Below are positions 40,840 to 54,998 of a DNA stretch of 64,000 bases, one piece after another. The position numbers and the translations under genes were made by a program. A model generated the notes under the pieces. That model saw only the letters and a program-made list of their open reading frames with translations, was not told the origin of the DNA and ran no database searches. The stretch lies in contig CM052816.1 of NCBI GenBank assembly GCA_028534125.1, positions 38,566,001 through 38,630,000 of the forward strand, given 5' to 3'. The DNA is from Lama glama. Taxonomy: Eukaryota. Positions within the stretch are counted from its first letter, which is position 1, and each line of letters starts with the position of its first letter.

Positions 40840-41900
40840 GGTAAAAATACACTAGGCACGGGAGTGGGGAGTTGAAGGAAAAGTGTATGTCTAAGAAAAA
40901 CGATATTCTCAGGGTGTTGTAGCAAAGGGAAAAAGAATTTTAATGACAAAACAGCAAATGAAACCAAAAGTTCACAGAGTGAAAAGGAAGAAAAAGTTGC
41001 TGAATTTGGCAGTTAGGATCCTCTCAGTGAATTAAGGAAAGGGTTTCAGTAGACTTAAGATAGCAAAGCTAAAAAAAACAGTGGTTTAAAGTTAGAGTAC
41101 ATAATTATGAAGAGACAATGGTTGTTAATTCTGAATCCAAAATATTGGCAAAGGTGAAAGGGGGACAGGGAGGCCTTTGGACATTTGCAATTGCAGGGAA
41201 GAAAAGTTTGGAAGTAGAAAGACTGAAGATAATGTAGATCAAGAAAAGAATGAGTGAACAGGGTCTTTGAGGAGCAAATGGATTATCACTGGCCCTAAAA
41301 GGACAGGGCATATTTTCCTCAAACAGGAAAGGAAGCAAGGAAGAAAGACGGATATCAACAAAGACACTTGCGAGTAGTGAAGAGGGTAGGTGGGCAAAGC
41401 TTTACTGAAGTGGTGGCCTCTACTGTTCTTGTCAAACAGTGGGTAAGATTATTTGACAAGACTGGGACTGGTACAATGAGATTAAAGGATTGAAGCAATA
41501 GAAATTGAGAAAAACTGTTACTAGGAAATACATGAATAAAAAGTCCTGCTATTCACAGTACATTAAAAAGTAAATTAGAGGTTGCAGCAAGTCAAATCAT
41601 CCCATTTAGTCACTATAGATATTTGATAGCCTGGGAGCGTAAAGATGGATAAACTGGCCAGGAGATTGTTCCAGACATAGCAGATCTGGCTATAGGTTAA
41701 AGGTTTAAGACAATCTAGGGTGTAAAGACTGTATAAAGGTGACTGAGGAAAATTCTAACCTGGGCCAGGATTTAACTGCAGGCAGAATGAACAGTGACGG
41801 AGGGAAACAAGGAGCAAGGCCATTAGAGGTCTCTGTAGGGCAGAACCCAGTCAATGAGTGTAGGAGAGGATCTGAAATAGCGTGCAGCAATATTACAAGG
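40840..41900 (-). mobile_element. Old L2 fragment(s)
   Basis: Purine-rich antisense L2-like text: 'tgaatttggcagttagg', 'gggtttcagtagac'. Confidence 0.4.
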
Positions 41901-42946
41901 TAAAGGCATGGCAGCCTTCTCTTCCTAATCATCTCCCCAGAGTCTCATAAACTTTTAAAAAAATAGATGAAATAATACAATAACTTGTACTGAAAGATAA
42001 ACAATTGCTTGCCACCATAGGAAGTCTCATTGTTTGCTCTTAGAGCATTTGTAAGGAGACCTAACCTCACTAAAAAGAGAGATATATCTGCTACTACATT
42101 CCGAACAGCAGCGAGTGATTCACAGGCAACATCAAAATTAACTATATGTTAAAGGCAAGATTAATAAACTCACTTCTCTCCTGATCTAATCTGCTCACTG
42201 AGCATAAACCAGGCAGCTTTGAAACACTAATTTTCTTAGAACTCTAGAATGCTATTTTAATAAGGTAAGTTTATATTAATACAGTAAAATTACTGAATGC
42301 CTACTATGTGTGGACACACAATACTAGAAAATTCAAACACACCTTATTCCACAAAGCTCCTTTCCCACATGCATCTCTTGGAAGACACTTGAAGACTGAT
42401 CGAGGGAAAACGAAACAGGAGGAAGGGGATCAACAAAGTGCAGCTGTGACAAAGAGGTAAATTAAAGATTAGCAGTTAGGGATATAGTACATATAAGGGA
42501 AAAGGAGCTATAAGTAAATAAAATACATCCAAAGCAGAAATCCAGTTGTAAAAAAAAAAAAAGAGACAGAGAGAGAGAGAGTAGGGAATAAAATATTCAA
42601 GCCACAGTTTAACCATGAATTGAGAGGAGAACCGTAAACTGAGCACAAAAGAACACTGTCAGCTTCAATGATAAAGGGGTTACAGGTAAACAGGATAATA
42701 AGCTAACTACACTGGTTTAAGAGGACATGATTGTTCGTATCCAATCTGAAGAAAGTAATTGTCTGTACTCCAAGTATAATTTATATCACGTTTATTGAAT
42801 ATATGATCAGTATTCATGGTGCTAGAGCATTTGTGGATAAGAGAGGTAAATGAGCTGGAGGAAAATTATATTGCATTTTATATACATATGACAAATAGGT
42901 AAGTAAAGAATTAATCAGTGGAATGTATATTCCCATAAGTCATTTC

Positions 42947-43500
42947 TGTATTAGTCGTGATGTTTTTGCTTGCAATGGAAAGAAAGCAAACTCAGTTCAT
43001 TAAAGCAAAAAAAAAAAAAAAAAGTGGAGACGGCATTAATTTGCTATTTTCTATGACTAAAACTTTCAGAAGAAATGTTAGTTTCAGGTACGGTTGAACC
43101 CAGAGGCTCAAACAATATGATCAGTAGTCCATCATTTTCCATCTCTTGGCTCAGCTTTGCTTTGAGATAGCTATAATTTAAGCATAACCTCTCTATACTT
43201 TGAGTACTGACATTTCCAACTTTGTATTATCCTAACAGAAAGCATTCCACAAAAGAGAATAAATAAATAAAAAGAGTTTCTTCATTTCATGCCAAAGTTC
43301 TTCCTGGAACTGAATCTTGGGCATCTACTTCATGTACCAATCCCTAAACTGCAACTAGGAACAAAAAAATCTGCAGGAGCCACTCCCAGCTCCCTAGGTT
43401 AGAATGGAATTAGCTCAACCAAACTGAATGGACTAAATAAAGAGAAGAAGGTAGTTCCCAAAAGAAAAACTGGGTCACTGTTTTCAGAGTCACATTCTAA
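42947..43500 (-). mobile_element. Ancient MaLR/ERVL LTR (MLT1J/K- or LTR33-like)
   Basis: 'tgtattagtc...ttgcttgcaatggaaagaaa', 'tttcaggtacggttgaacccagaggctcaaaca', 'catgtaccaatccctaaac'. Confidence 0.6.
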
Positions 43501-45462
43501 ATTAGTGTTTCTCAAGATAGGTTGGAGGGGAAAGAAGTGTATCATAATCTGGGGGATCAGAGGAACAATTTCATGACAACAAATAAGGAACATGGACAAA
43601 AGGGGAAGCATGGATTGAATGAAACTAAGAACTACTTGAGATACCATCAAGTATGCCTAAATTTCTCTCAACAGTGGTATCTCAAGTCCATTTACCATAA
43701 AATAAATTCCAGGCTTAAGATATTCAGAACCAAATTAAACTACAGATTTTAATAAAGCTCTATTGCATTGTGTTACAGAAGACTCTATAGCACGTAAGAA
43801 TCACATTGTTTATACATTAATTTACTTAAGATATAATTGCATGTCATATATTGTTTACAAAATGTATTAAATAAATGTAGAATAAACATGTTTTCCCACT
43901 GAAATTGTACCTCAAGCGCTGACATTACTCATCCCCCGCCTTGATGCTGATATATGTTACATTGACAACCTACTACAATTCCTCGTCTTCTCTTACCTCA
44001 GATATAAAAGATAAATTTTCCCTGCTGATTCTGGGAAAATATCTTCCTTAACCTAATTCATCTTTCCAAATGATGTCACCACTTATTTTTAATATTAATA
44101 CTGCCATGTGTTCAATCACTCTCCTTTCCTCCTTCTGAGGGGGACTGAATACTCAAGTGCTTCTGGATCAAAGCTTATGTGCCATGGGAAAACTCACACA
44201 ACCTGGCTGTTGTGATTTTCCTGGCTTTATTTGTCCACTTTTCAATATGAACATTGTCGCCAGTGACATTGCTTACTCACATGGTACAGACGAGTGTGAA
44301 ATGAAGCCAATCCTGATCTGCTGTAACCGGTTCAATCTCCTTGTGGGAATTGCTAGCCTGTGAAGATATCTCCATCATTATCCATTTGCATCTTTTTTCT
44401 AAAGACTTACATATTCAATGAATAGAGTGTGGCTTGCACTAATTAACTTGTTATTTTATAATTATTCTTACTCTTTTTTTTTTTGGATCTATGTTTTGTT
44501 TTGTTCCTACGAAACTTTAGGCTCTTCAAGATCAAGCTTTATTTCACTTGTGTTTCTATCAGCACCTAAGAGTTCCATTCTTAATGTAAAGTAAATAAAT
44601 TATTTTAAAATAAAAAAAGAAAATGTATTAAATCATGCCTTTATAAGACTTTGGCCTACTTATGAAGATAAATCACAATTCAACTTAAGAATATTAAAAA
44701 ACCAACAGTCTTCACCATAACATCACATATAAAGTCAAAGTATATTGCAATGCAGTGAGAAAAAGGTATGAAAGATTGTATAAATGTCATCCCACATGTC
44801 AAAAAAGTGGAACATGCAATTACATGTAAGAGTTAACTTTAAGTTTTCTATATTCCATTCTAGAACACTAAATGATTTTTAAAATCATTTAAATTATGGT
44901 TATGAAAAAGGTGCAGAGTAAACTTTAAAAAAATGTTTGAGGAAGCATGAATACTTGGGAATTTTAACACTGTTCTTTTGTGTTCTGATTCAGCCATTAT
45001 TTTGGTATTTATTTGAACATTTGACTAGGGTCTTTTTCCGAGGCTGGTTTAACTTCATCAATGAAACCATCAGAAAAAGAAGTACATTAACTTTTAATAA
45101 GCTTAGATGTTATAAAGTCATATATGTACTTCACGTTTCATTTTGGAATTCTTATTTCTCTAGCCTTTTCTGTCAGGTAATCTCCAGCCTCATTTTTTCC
45201 AAGCCAGGCTTTTTCCAATCATATATACATTGTTAAATTTTGGTCATTAATATATTTGCCATAGTTATTTCCTGTTGACTTGCTTCTAGCTTCCGTTGGC
45301 TACTTTTCTAATTTTTCATGATCTGTTCAATTTAACACATCTGTCATCCAAGTGGTTAACAATGATGAACATCTTGATTTGCATGCACCAAATTTCATCT
45401 CAAAACTCACTGATTTTTTTTAAATTGAAAAGAATCAAGCATATTAAAGATTATCCCTACTT

Positions 45463-45539
45463 GTTGGTTTCCTTTTTTTTATTCAAATAGAGTTGATTAC
45501 AATGTTGTATTAGTTTCAATTGTATAGCAAAGTGATTGA

Positions 45540-45576
<37 letters not shown>

Positions 45577-47059
45577 TTTTATATGTAATATATAATATAT
45601 ATATTCTTTTTCAGATTCTTTTCCATTATTAGTACAAAATATTGAATATAGTTCTCTGTGCTATAGATTAGGTCCTTGTTGATTATTTATTATATATATA
45701 GCAGTGTGCATATGTTAATCCCAAACTCCTAAATTATTCTTCCCCTGACCTTTCCCCTTTGATAATCATAAGTTTGTTTTCTGGGTCTGTGAATCTGTTT
45801 CTGTTTTGTAAGTAAGTTCATTTGTATCATTTTTATAGTTCATTTGTATCACTGTTATAGATTTCACATATAAATATCATATACTTGGCTTTCTCTGTCT
45901 GACTTTACTTAATATGATAATCTCTAGATCCATTCATATTGCTGAAAATGGCATGGCATTTCATTATTTTTATGATTAATATTGCATTGTATATATGTAC
46001 CACATCTTATTTATCCATTCATCTGCCCATGGACATTTAGGTTCTTTCCATGTCTTGACTATTGTAAATAGTCCTGCTATGTAGATTGGGACGCATGTAT
46101 CTTTTCAAGTTAGAGTTTTCTCCGGATATATGACCAGAAGTGGGATTGCTGGATCATGTCGTAACACTATTTTTAGTTTTTTAAGGAACCTCCACACTGT
46201 TTCCATAGTGATTGCATCAATCTACATTCCCACCAATAGTGTAGGAAGATTCCTTTTTCTCCACATCTTTTATCCAGCATTTACTATTTGTGGACTTTTT
46301 AATGATGGTCATTCTGACTGGTGTGAGGTGACACCTTATTGTAGTTTTGATTTGCATTTCTCTAATAGTTAGCAATGCTGAACAACTTTTCACGTGTCTG
46401 CTGGCCATCTGTATATCTTCTTTGGAGGAATGTCTATTTATGTCTTCTGTGACTTTTTCATTTGCTTGTTTCCTTTTTTGAGGTTAAGCTGTATGAGCTG
46501 TTTGTGTACTCTGGAAATTAATCCCATGTTGGCTGCAAGTGGGGTGTTAGTCCCCACTACTACCATGTTACTGTCAATTTCTCCCTTTATGTCTGTTAAC
46601 ATTTGCCTTATATATTGAAGTGCTCCTATGTTGGGTGCATATATATTTATATCTTCCTGGATTGATCCCATGATTGTTATTTAGTGTTCTTCTTTGTCTC
46701 TTTTAATAGTCTTTATTTCAAAGTCTAATTTGTCTGGTGTAAGTACTGTTACTCCAGCTTTCTTTTGATTTCCATTTGCATGGAGTAACTTTTTCTTGTT
46801 TTTGCATTTAGCCAGTTTACCTCTTTTGGTTGGAACACTTAATCCATTTACATTTAAGGTAGTTATCGATATGTATATTCTTATTGCCATTTGGTTAATT
46901 GTTTTGGATTTGTTTTTGTAGGTCTTTTTTCCCCTTTCTTCTTCTGTTCTCTTGGGATATCATGACTACCTTTAGTGTTATGTTCGGATTCCTTTTTCTT
47001 GAGTATATATTTATTATAGATTTTTGGTTCACAGTTACCATGAGGTTTTAATATAGCAG

Positions 47060-47091
<32 letters not shown>

Positions 47092-47439
47092 CACATATAC
47101 ACACATAATTAAATTGCTGATCTCTTAATTTCAAATGCATTTTAAACACCTTGCATTAGTACTCTCCTCCCCTCATGATTACTGGTTCTGATATCGTATT
47201 TTACATCTAATTGTTTTGTGTATCCCTTAACTGCTTATTGAGGATACACACTGTACTACCTTTGTCTTTTAATCTCCCTACTAGTTTGTGTGTGGATGAT
47301 TTCCTACATTTACTGTATGTTTGCCTTTACCAATGAGATTTTCCATTTTTTAATTTTCTTCTTTCTACTTGTGGCCTTTTCTTTTCTGTGTAGAGCAGTT
47401 CCTTTAGCATTTGTTGTAAAGCTGGTTTGGTGGTATGAA
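45463..47439 (-). mobile_element. Cetartiodactyl L1, 5'-truncated in ORF1, with most of ORF2 deleted
   Basis: 3' UTR and ORF2 C-terminus (45470-46533) are joined directly to the endonuclease domain ('NIYAPN', 'TLNVNGL'), then the inter-ORF region and the ORF1 end. Probable TSD ta(t/a)ccctactt at 45452-45462 and 47440-47450. Confidence 0.9.
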
Positions 47440-48089
47440 TAACCCTACTTTTGAGGTTGAGATAGCATGAGTTCTTTATGTGGTTTTCTAGTTATAAGCA
47501 AACCCACGCACACTATGGAGACTGACACCTGATAAGGTATATTGACTATTTTTTTTAATTATTCAAGATACTACTCATTCATAAGAGAAAAAAATGGTGT
47601 CACCGTCTATACCCAATGGAAGGGATTACATTGACCATTCCAGTATTTCTGCTACATTTTAATTTTATTCTAATTCATCTATGCTTACAAGATTGTTTGT
47701 CCTTTTACAAACAAATTTTCCCTTGGACAATTTTGAAAGGCTTCACTATCCTCAAATAAATCCTTCAGGATCATTCCTTAATGGCTGTGCAGCAATATTT
47801 ACCTTGTCTCAGGCTTCCCAAGTGTCATTCACCAGACCCCTCTGATCTGACTACAGCCAATAATAAATGCACATCACCTATTTCCTCCCTATCCTTGAGA
47901 ATGTCTGTTGCTGGGCCTTGTTTAGTTGTCCTTCACAGATACATGCATTAAGACAAAGGACAGTAAGTTTTCTTCTAGAAAACTGACTCTTATCCCTCTA
48001 ATCATGCAACAGTACTCTCTATCTTCTTAATCAAACATTCTGAACCCAGTTTAACATTTTCTTGATACTCAGAGTCATCAAAAGAAAGC

Positions 48090-48320
48090 TGTTCAGTAGA
48101 GCATAACATAGCTGTAGGAGTGTATATTCTGCTTTTGCCTTGTTTAACTGTGTGACCTCATGCAAATGGCTTAACCTCCCTGGCCCTCTGTTACATCATT
48201 TATAAAATGGGAGAAACAGCAATAGGTACCTCGTAAATTTATCATAAATATCAGGTATGAACATTCACATCCAGCAAAATTCTACAACATATAAACTATT
48301 CAGAAAGTTACAGACGTTAC
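48090..48320 (+). mobile_element. MIR SINE
   Basis: 'ctgtgtgacctcatgcaaatggcttaacctccctggccctctgttacatcatttataaaatggg'. Confidence 0.75.
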
Positions 48321-48859
48321 AATGACTACCACTTTCATCGCCATCACTGTTATCATAATCATCACTTTTATTGCTATCATCAACACCATCACTGTCCTGA
48401 GTTGTGCAGTGTTGCCCCCAGGATAGCAGAGGTTTATCAGCCTGTATCCTCCCTCACCTGCAGACTGTCAGTGTCCTTTCAGCTCACCTGCATATATCTC
48501 TTTATCTCCCCTTCCACCTTCTTTTAAAATATTTTGAGACAGTAGACAAGGTAATCAGAAAACAACCTGTTCAATTTCTAATAATCCAATAATAGAAACT
48601 TAAACAATTTATGTAAGAGGACCTAAGATGCTTTCCCATGAATACAGTTCATGAGCTTTAGTACATGAACATATACGTTGGCAACCCAAAGGCCTTATTT
48701 TTTCACTTCTTGGTTCTGCATTATGATCCACACGGAGGAGATGCTAAGGTCATTTATCTCCCTGATAAGTAAGGGAATAATTGCTTGTCTGCTTTAGTTC
48801 ACACTCTGCTCAAAATATGGTACATCAAACCTCTTCTGCAATCCTAATTGTATTCCATC

Positions 48860-49400
48860 TGTTAGACAGTTAGGTAAGTGGGGACACCAGGCAGATAAGG
48901 TGAAGGAGAGGAAGGATGGTCCAGAAGATGGTGATATGCCTGGCTGCGGCATAAGGGGCTTTACTTCCACTAAATGAGTGCCAGCTGGGACCAGAGAGCT
49001 GGGACTACGCAATAGAGACAAGGACCTAACAGGACATGACCCAGTGCTCATTGTAATATAATTAGGACTTCTACTTAGGACCCCCACCTCGTGGTCTTTT
49101 CTATGTGCATCATGGGTAAGGACATGCGCAAAAGGGGATGGACATGACTAAGCACTCCAGGGGCAAGGCTGTCAATCAATCAAGAGATCACCACTAAGTG
49201 AGAGTATGAGACAGAAGGGACAAACAAAGACCAGGGCTGCCAACCTCTCTTGGATCAGCCCACCTTCTGCTCTTGGAGGTGTACTTTCACTTTGCTAATA
49301 AAATCTTTAAAAGCTTAGCTATACAGCACTTTTGTCTCCCACTTGAATTCTTCTCTTTCAAGTGAGACAAGAACCAAGGCCTTCCACTTTTGGCGTAGCA
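48860..49400 (+). mobile_element. ERV1-class solo LTR (~541 bp)
   Basis: TGTTAG...TAGCA ends, AATAAA near 49297, U5-type 'gaattcttctc...gagacaagaacc', imperfect 4-bp TSD catc/tatc. Confidence 0.8.
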
Positions 49401-52400
49401 TATCCATGCACAAAAAGGCATTACTAAATAGAAAAAAGAAACTTCTAAAAAATGAAATTTAGCTCTTATATTGGGATTGTCTTAAGCAGAACGGTTGCTC
49501 TAGTTAATTCATATTAACCCATCTGGATCAACAAAGAAGTCTTTGGTTCTCTTGAATCAAGCAGACAAAGGATAAGACCATGGAGAACCAAACTCAGAGA
49601 GTGACTCAAAATTCTAAAATGCTGAAAGGAATCCTTAAGAAACATCAGTATCAGGAGTCTCCAGGCTGTTTTAACATCAATTCTTGAACGCGTTTTCCTT
49701 TTATGTCTTTGAACAGGCTCTAATCTCTCAGGTATCACTAATTCCCACATACGTATCACACACAGAAACTAATAAGAGCATCCATAATAGAGAAACATCT
49801 TACAAACAAAATAGAAAGTGCCTTGTTTTAACTACTCATAAATTTCCCTCCAAAGTAAGCAAACAGACAATAACTTTAGGTAGCATCTCATGAAGTTTTA
49901 CATGCATTTGGGGATAACAAGAAGAAGGCCTTTTACAAAATAGTTTGTACATTTCTTTTTTTTTTTTTTTTGCCTTTTAAATACTCAGTGCAATTCTACT
50001 TAGTGTATGTCATAACGTATAACCCTGGCAGCTGGTTAATGCCTGCAAAGTCTCTTTAGAGCCACAAATTAAGAAGAAAAAAAAATCTTATGTATTCAAA
50101 GGGATGAAACAATTTTTCAATGAAATACAGGAATTAAAGTCTTGCTGGCATTCATTAAATAAAATGTCATTTCAAAAATGATATATTATTACTGATCTGT
50201 GTATACTATGGGTGTTACTTATGCCAGGATATTGAAGATTTAAACTGTTTTTTCCCTCTTGCGTTGCTAGCAATCACTTCACCATGCTTGTTTCTGTATG
50301 CCAAAAGAACTGTGCTAGATTTCTTAGCTTTGTCAGAGCTGTCCTGAAACAAACTCACTTTGCCTTTTAATGTTACTCCAAACAATGCAGTAGGTCAAAC
50401 ACATAAAGCATATATATCAAGAGAAAAAATATGAGATTAGGTGGGTATTATATAACCAGTTATATAGAGGGGCAGCTGCATTTGTGAATGCTTTGAGCTT
50501 TTTCCCTGTATTGTCCAGTGTGGGAGGGAATGTTAACATAAATATTCTAGGAATAATACATCAAATATAGGAAAAACTGAGAAAAATACCCAAATTTATA
50601 CTGTAATATTTTGGGAGCACACAGGAATAAAAATGTGCATGTGTAGTAGGTGAAACAGAACCAAATCCTCACCTTTCCTTGAAAATTCAATAAATAATGT
50701 CTTAAACTGAAATGCGATATACAGTTGTTCTTTAAAGATATGGAGGCAGATACCAAAGGAATCAGCTTGAATCATTTCAAACTGAAGAGGAGGGACTATG
50801 TGAGAATGTGAATTAATGGTCAGTGATGGTTTGACAAAGGAAACGCTAGATGATCTAATTTTTTCTTGCATCTATAAATAATTTAAAAAAGCACCACTCT
50901 ACAGTAAGTCAGTAAGTTGGCAAATTCAAATCACCAATATAAGTATGTGTTTTGCAGGCAAACAACTTCTCAACTGTGTTCATAAAACCCATAGTTAAAA
51001 CTTCTTTGCAAGTGAAATATAGTATTTCTTGCTTAACTTGGCTAAATAAGAGACTTTCGGGGTCAAATTCAAAGTAGCAATTCAAACCACTCAGTTTTTT
51101 GTTGTTGTTGTTGCATTTCACACCGTAGGTATAATTTTACAAATGGTCAAACTCCCATTTGTCACTTAGATACTGGACAGGTGAACCAGTAGTCATGTAT
51201 GGGCCATAAAAGTACAATCTTGTATGAGTCACAATGAGAAACTGTGCATCTGTGGTTCATGTAATAGCCACCCTGGGCACACTGAGGACAGCATTAATGT
51301 AGGTACAAGACCAACCAGTACTGAATGAACATTCTTTTCTGTCTTTCCCTCAATTCAAATGTTTCACCAACATCCTCAGAGCATATGTTCTTCCAGTGTT
51401 CACCAAATATATTCTTTCTCATCTTCCATAAGGTCTATCCTCAACATTCACCCACTAGCTTTCTGCTCCCATTTAAGTGTTATCTCCACCACCTCCAAAA
51501 CTTCACCATCATTCATAATGTAAGAATCACATCTTTCACCAGACTTCGTCTATACACCTATAACCAGTTTGTTTTCACTTCTCAGAAACTCTTTAGACTT
51601 TTCCACTCTTTCAATTCCTTTTGTAAAAGCAAAGCCACTTCCTTTGAGTGAGAGGTTAGGGTCTAGAGGCTTTAGGACATGGGAGTGCTAAGTGAGAGCC
51701 CTGTGAACACAGCACATTCAGAATTGAGACAAAGTCTTTAGGAGACTGAAAGGAAAGAGGGAAGGTGAGAGGAAGAAGGTCTAAGTTGTAACTGTGACAA
51801 TAAGGGGAGAGAGAAAAGCTGAAATATTTGTCAATGCTCTCTATGTTGGTTTCAGAATGGACTTTCATATCTACGTAAAAATGGCTATATTTTCCTGGCG
51901 TCTTTTCTTTTATTAAGAATGTTAAGTCAGTGACCTGTATATTCATTGGCAGTCATGTGATTTCTATTTGTGAGGAAAGTTTTTGACCTTGCAAGACTTA
52001 GAATTTTATAATCTGAATGTATTGTGTCCTCTAGCAGGGAAAAGAACACATTGCCACAACAGACCTCTTGAGTCTCATTTTCAAACTATTGCATTCAATT
52101 TCTAACAAAGAGCAAAGGATAAACAATTAAACATTACATGTAACAGAACTCTTACCCACCTGCCAACAATTAAACCCTGTAATTAAAAATTGTTGGAGAA
52201 TACACATAAGCACATCCTCAGCAGCAGTCATACCACGGTCAAAGAGAGGAAAAAAATCTTTCCCAGTAAGTTCCTTCCCTATTTCTCAGGCTGCTTTTCT
52301 TGACATTAAACAGACATGAGACTCTGTCAACTATGTTTCACTTTTTTAAGAAGAGGGAAATCCCATTCCATATCCCCTGGGAGGACTATTATATACAGAT

Positions 52401-53294
52401 GAATGTATTTTGTTATTTAGTTTAATAAATGTAGTGTTCAGAACAGATGTGAAAGCTTGAAATTGTCCAGAGAAAGGAACAGCTCAGGTGGCAATAATAC
52501 AGCCTTCCCGCCTGCTGCGCTTTCTTCGTCTTTGGAAGAGCTACATTCACAGGTGAAAAAGTATTACAGTATTTACAACCACTTTAGTCCTCACCACTGG
52601 ACTGAAGCTGACAAACGGGGTGCTAATTAGTACCAGGAGTGGAGGTGGTGATGGTGGTTTTATGACACAGTCATCTGGCCAGTAAATTGGACAAAGAGAA
52701 ACAGCACATTTACAGAAGCACTGCAAATCCAGCCATGCAACGGGAAGAGGTGACTCTGAGGGCTGGTTTAAAAAAAAAAAAAAAAGATGGATTTTCTCAA
52801 AACCAGCCTATTTGGCCTTCCCATGGCTAAGCTCTTCTGTGGATTTTCTCATGCACTAGCTACTCATATCACCATAATCCAAAAGGTTTTATTTAGAGTA
52901 CACCTGTGAACAACGGTATGCATGGGATAGAGAAAAGATGTTATTTGGTCAGAATAAATATTTGTCCTCTGAGATTACAGTTTATAAAACAACAAGTCTC
53001 AATGTAAACAATAGTCCAGTTTTGCAAGCTAAGAAGCAGTAAAACAGTAAAATCCAATCAACTAATTATTTTTGAGTATCATTAATAAAATCCATTACAC
53101 AATTCATTTTTGTAGACATGTTATAATGCTTTACTTAGTTAAACTAAAACAAATCTACAGTTTACAAATGTGGCCAGTACGTTTACATTGTCTTCATTGA
53201 TCTGGGCTCTCTAGTAGCTGTGATAAAAAGAAAGTATAATAGGGGAAAATGAATTCATTATTAGGAAAGTTGCATTCAGACTCCAGGAGCAAGT

Positions 53295-53480
53295 TACTGT
53301 GGTTAAGAACAAGAACTTTCAAATGGATTCGAGGCCAAACTCAGACACCTGTTGTGCCTGAGCCTCACTTTCTCCATCATAATATCTACTTTTGGGGGTT
53401 GCTGTGAGGATTAAATGAGATAATATATAAACCAATCAGCAGAGCTCCTGATGCATTACAATTTTTCATTAAATGATAGA
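53295..53480 (+). mobile_element. MIR SINE
   Basis: 'ctgagcctcactttctc...gttgctgtgaggattaaatgagataatatat'. Confidence 0.75.
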
Positions 53481-54816
53481 AATTTTAATGGCTGTAAGAA
53501 AGACATAACACTTTCTCCATTATTTAATCTTTTGATTGTAAAGTTTGAAGTTTATCCCTGGTTGTTCGAGGATGAAACATGATATTAAACATGATAAACT
53601 ATGCAAAATCATTTAAAAATTATTAAAAAGCTACTTATATGCTACTGCTAAAGAACATGTGTCTTTTTTTTTCTGTTAAAAAAAAAGCTTTTCAAGACAA
53701 GCTTTCCAAAAATAATTTTTATTTTCACTCTCATTCACTTCACACACATTTAATTCTCCCAAACCATCTTTCACAAAGGGCAAGATGTTTTTCCAGAGTA
53801 ACCTATATGAATCCTGACACCAGAAAATATAAGTGCAAAGTGGCTTATTGTATTGTGAGAAGCAGGATAGTGATGATTTTAATAAATCTGTTCAGCTCAT
53901 GAATATAAACTGATGAACATATCAAATTCAATGCTTAAAACTACATCTCCAGGAGGTACTGCAATGTGAAGTAACAAAGGGAACAGAGTGGGGAACTCAG
54001 TTCTCAGTGTGTATGTTTCTACATGCTCCAAAAAGTACTAGATGGTCACAGTAGGTATTAAAAAGGAAAAAAAAAACTACTATAATAAAACATGTCACAC
54101 ATTTCTATCAGGCCAGAAGCAGAGTAACCGAGTAAAAACTGGGTAGATTTGGGGAATGTACTCATTCAGTAGATATTAACATCCAAACATCCAGGCAATG
54201 TGCACAAAGACACTGGAGTTCCAGAGGAAATAGTGAGCTAAATAAATATAACTGGATACAGAGTTGTGAGCAAAACACAGTAACTGTCCTCAAGGAACTA
54301 CAATTGAAAGTAAGATTAATGTAACAGATTCTTCGTTCTAAGATTTTAAACCTCGAAATTAGCAAATAACCTATGCAAGATTTTAGAATCCAATAGATTC
54401 TAAACAAAGTTTAAATTACCACAAAAAGGTAATCATTTACACCCTTATTTTTGAATCGTAAGTCAATGATGTCTATAAAATTGAACATTAAGAAAAGAGC
54501 ACTCTTTAAATGCTAATCAGTTTGTCAAAACCAAAACTGAAATGTAGCTCAGAATTGGTTTACTAGATTTCCTCTAAAAGGAGAGCTTTTCCAAGGAATT
54601 AGTCTATCTCAAGCTATGGAAACAGAGAGGTTCCCTGTTACAACTTCCTTCTTTCCTTCAACACTGGATTTGAAGCTCTGTGCAAAAGCGCTATCCACGA
54701 CAGAGCTTGTTTACTGTGTACTGGATACTACATCAATTCCTACTCTATCCTTCAGGTCAAAAGAAAGTTACAAAGTGACTGCTCGGATGTTTTTCCCAGC
54801 AAAACTTCATCATATG

Positions 54817-54998
54817 TGATGGTTGTTCAACCTAAGAGTGCATCAAAATTACCAATGGACATTTTTAAAATTTATACATTTCTGTTCCCTACCCCCTAGA
54901 TTTTCTAACTTATTAAATCTAAGATGGAGCCTTGGCATCTGGATTTTTTAAAGCCCAACAGATGATTCTGATGCACATGCAAAATTAAGAATCTCTAT
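54817..54998. mobile_element. MER5A-like hAT-Charlie MITE
   Basis: 'tggttgttcaacct..gtgcatcaaaattacc...ggcatctggattttttaaagc...gatgattctgatgcac...taagaatctct'. Confidence 0.75.

Noticed and set aside
44869..44892. AT-rich short palindrome taaatgatttttaaaatcattta
   Set aside because: Expected by chance in AT-rich DNA.
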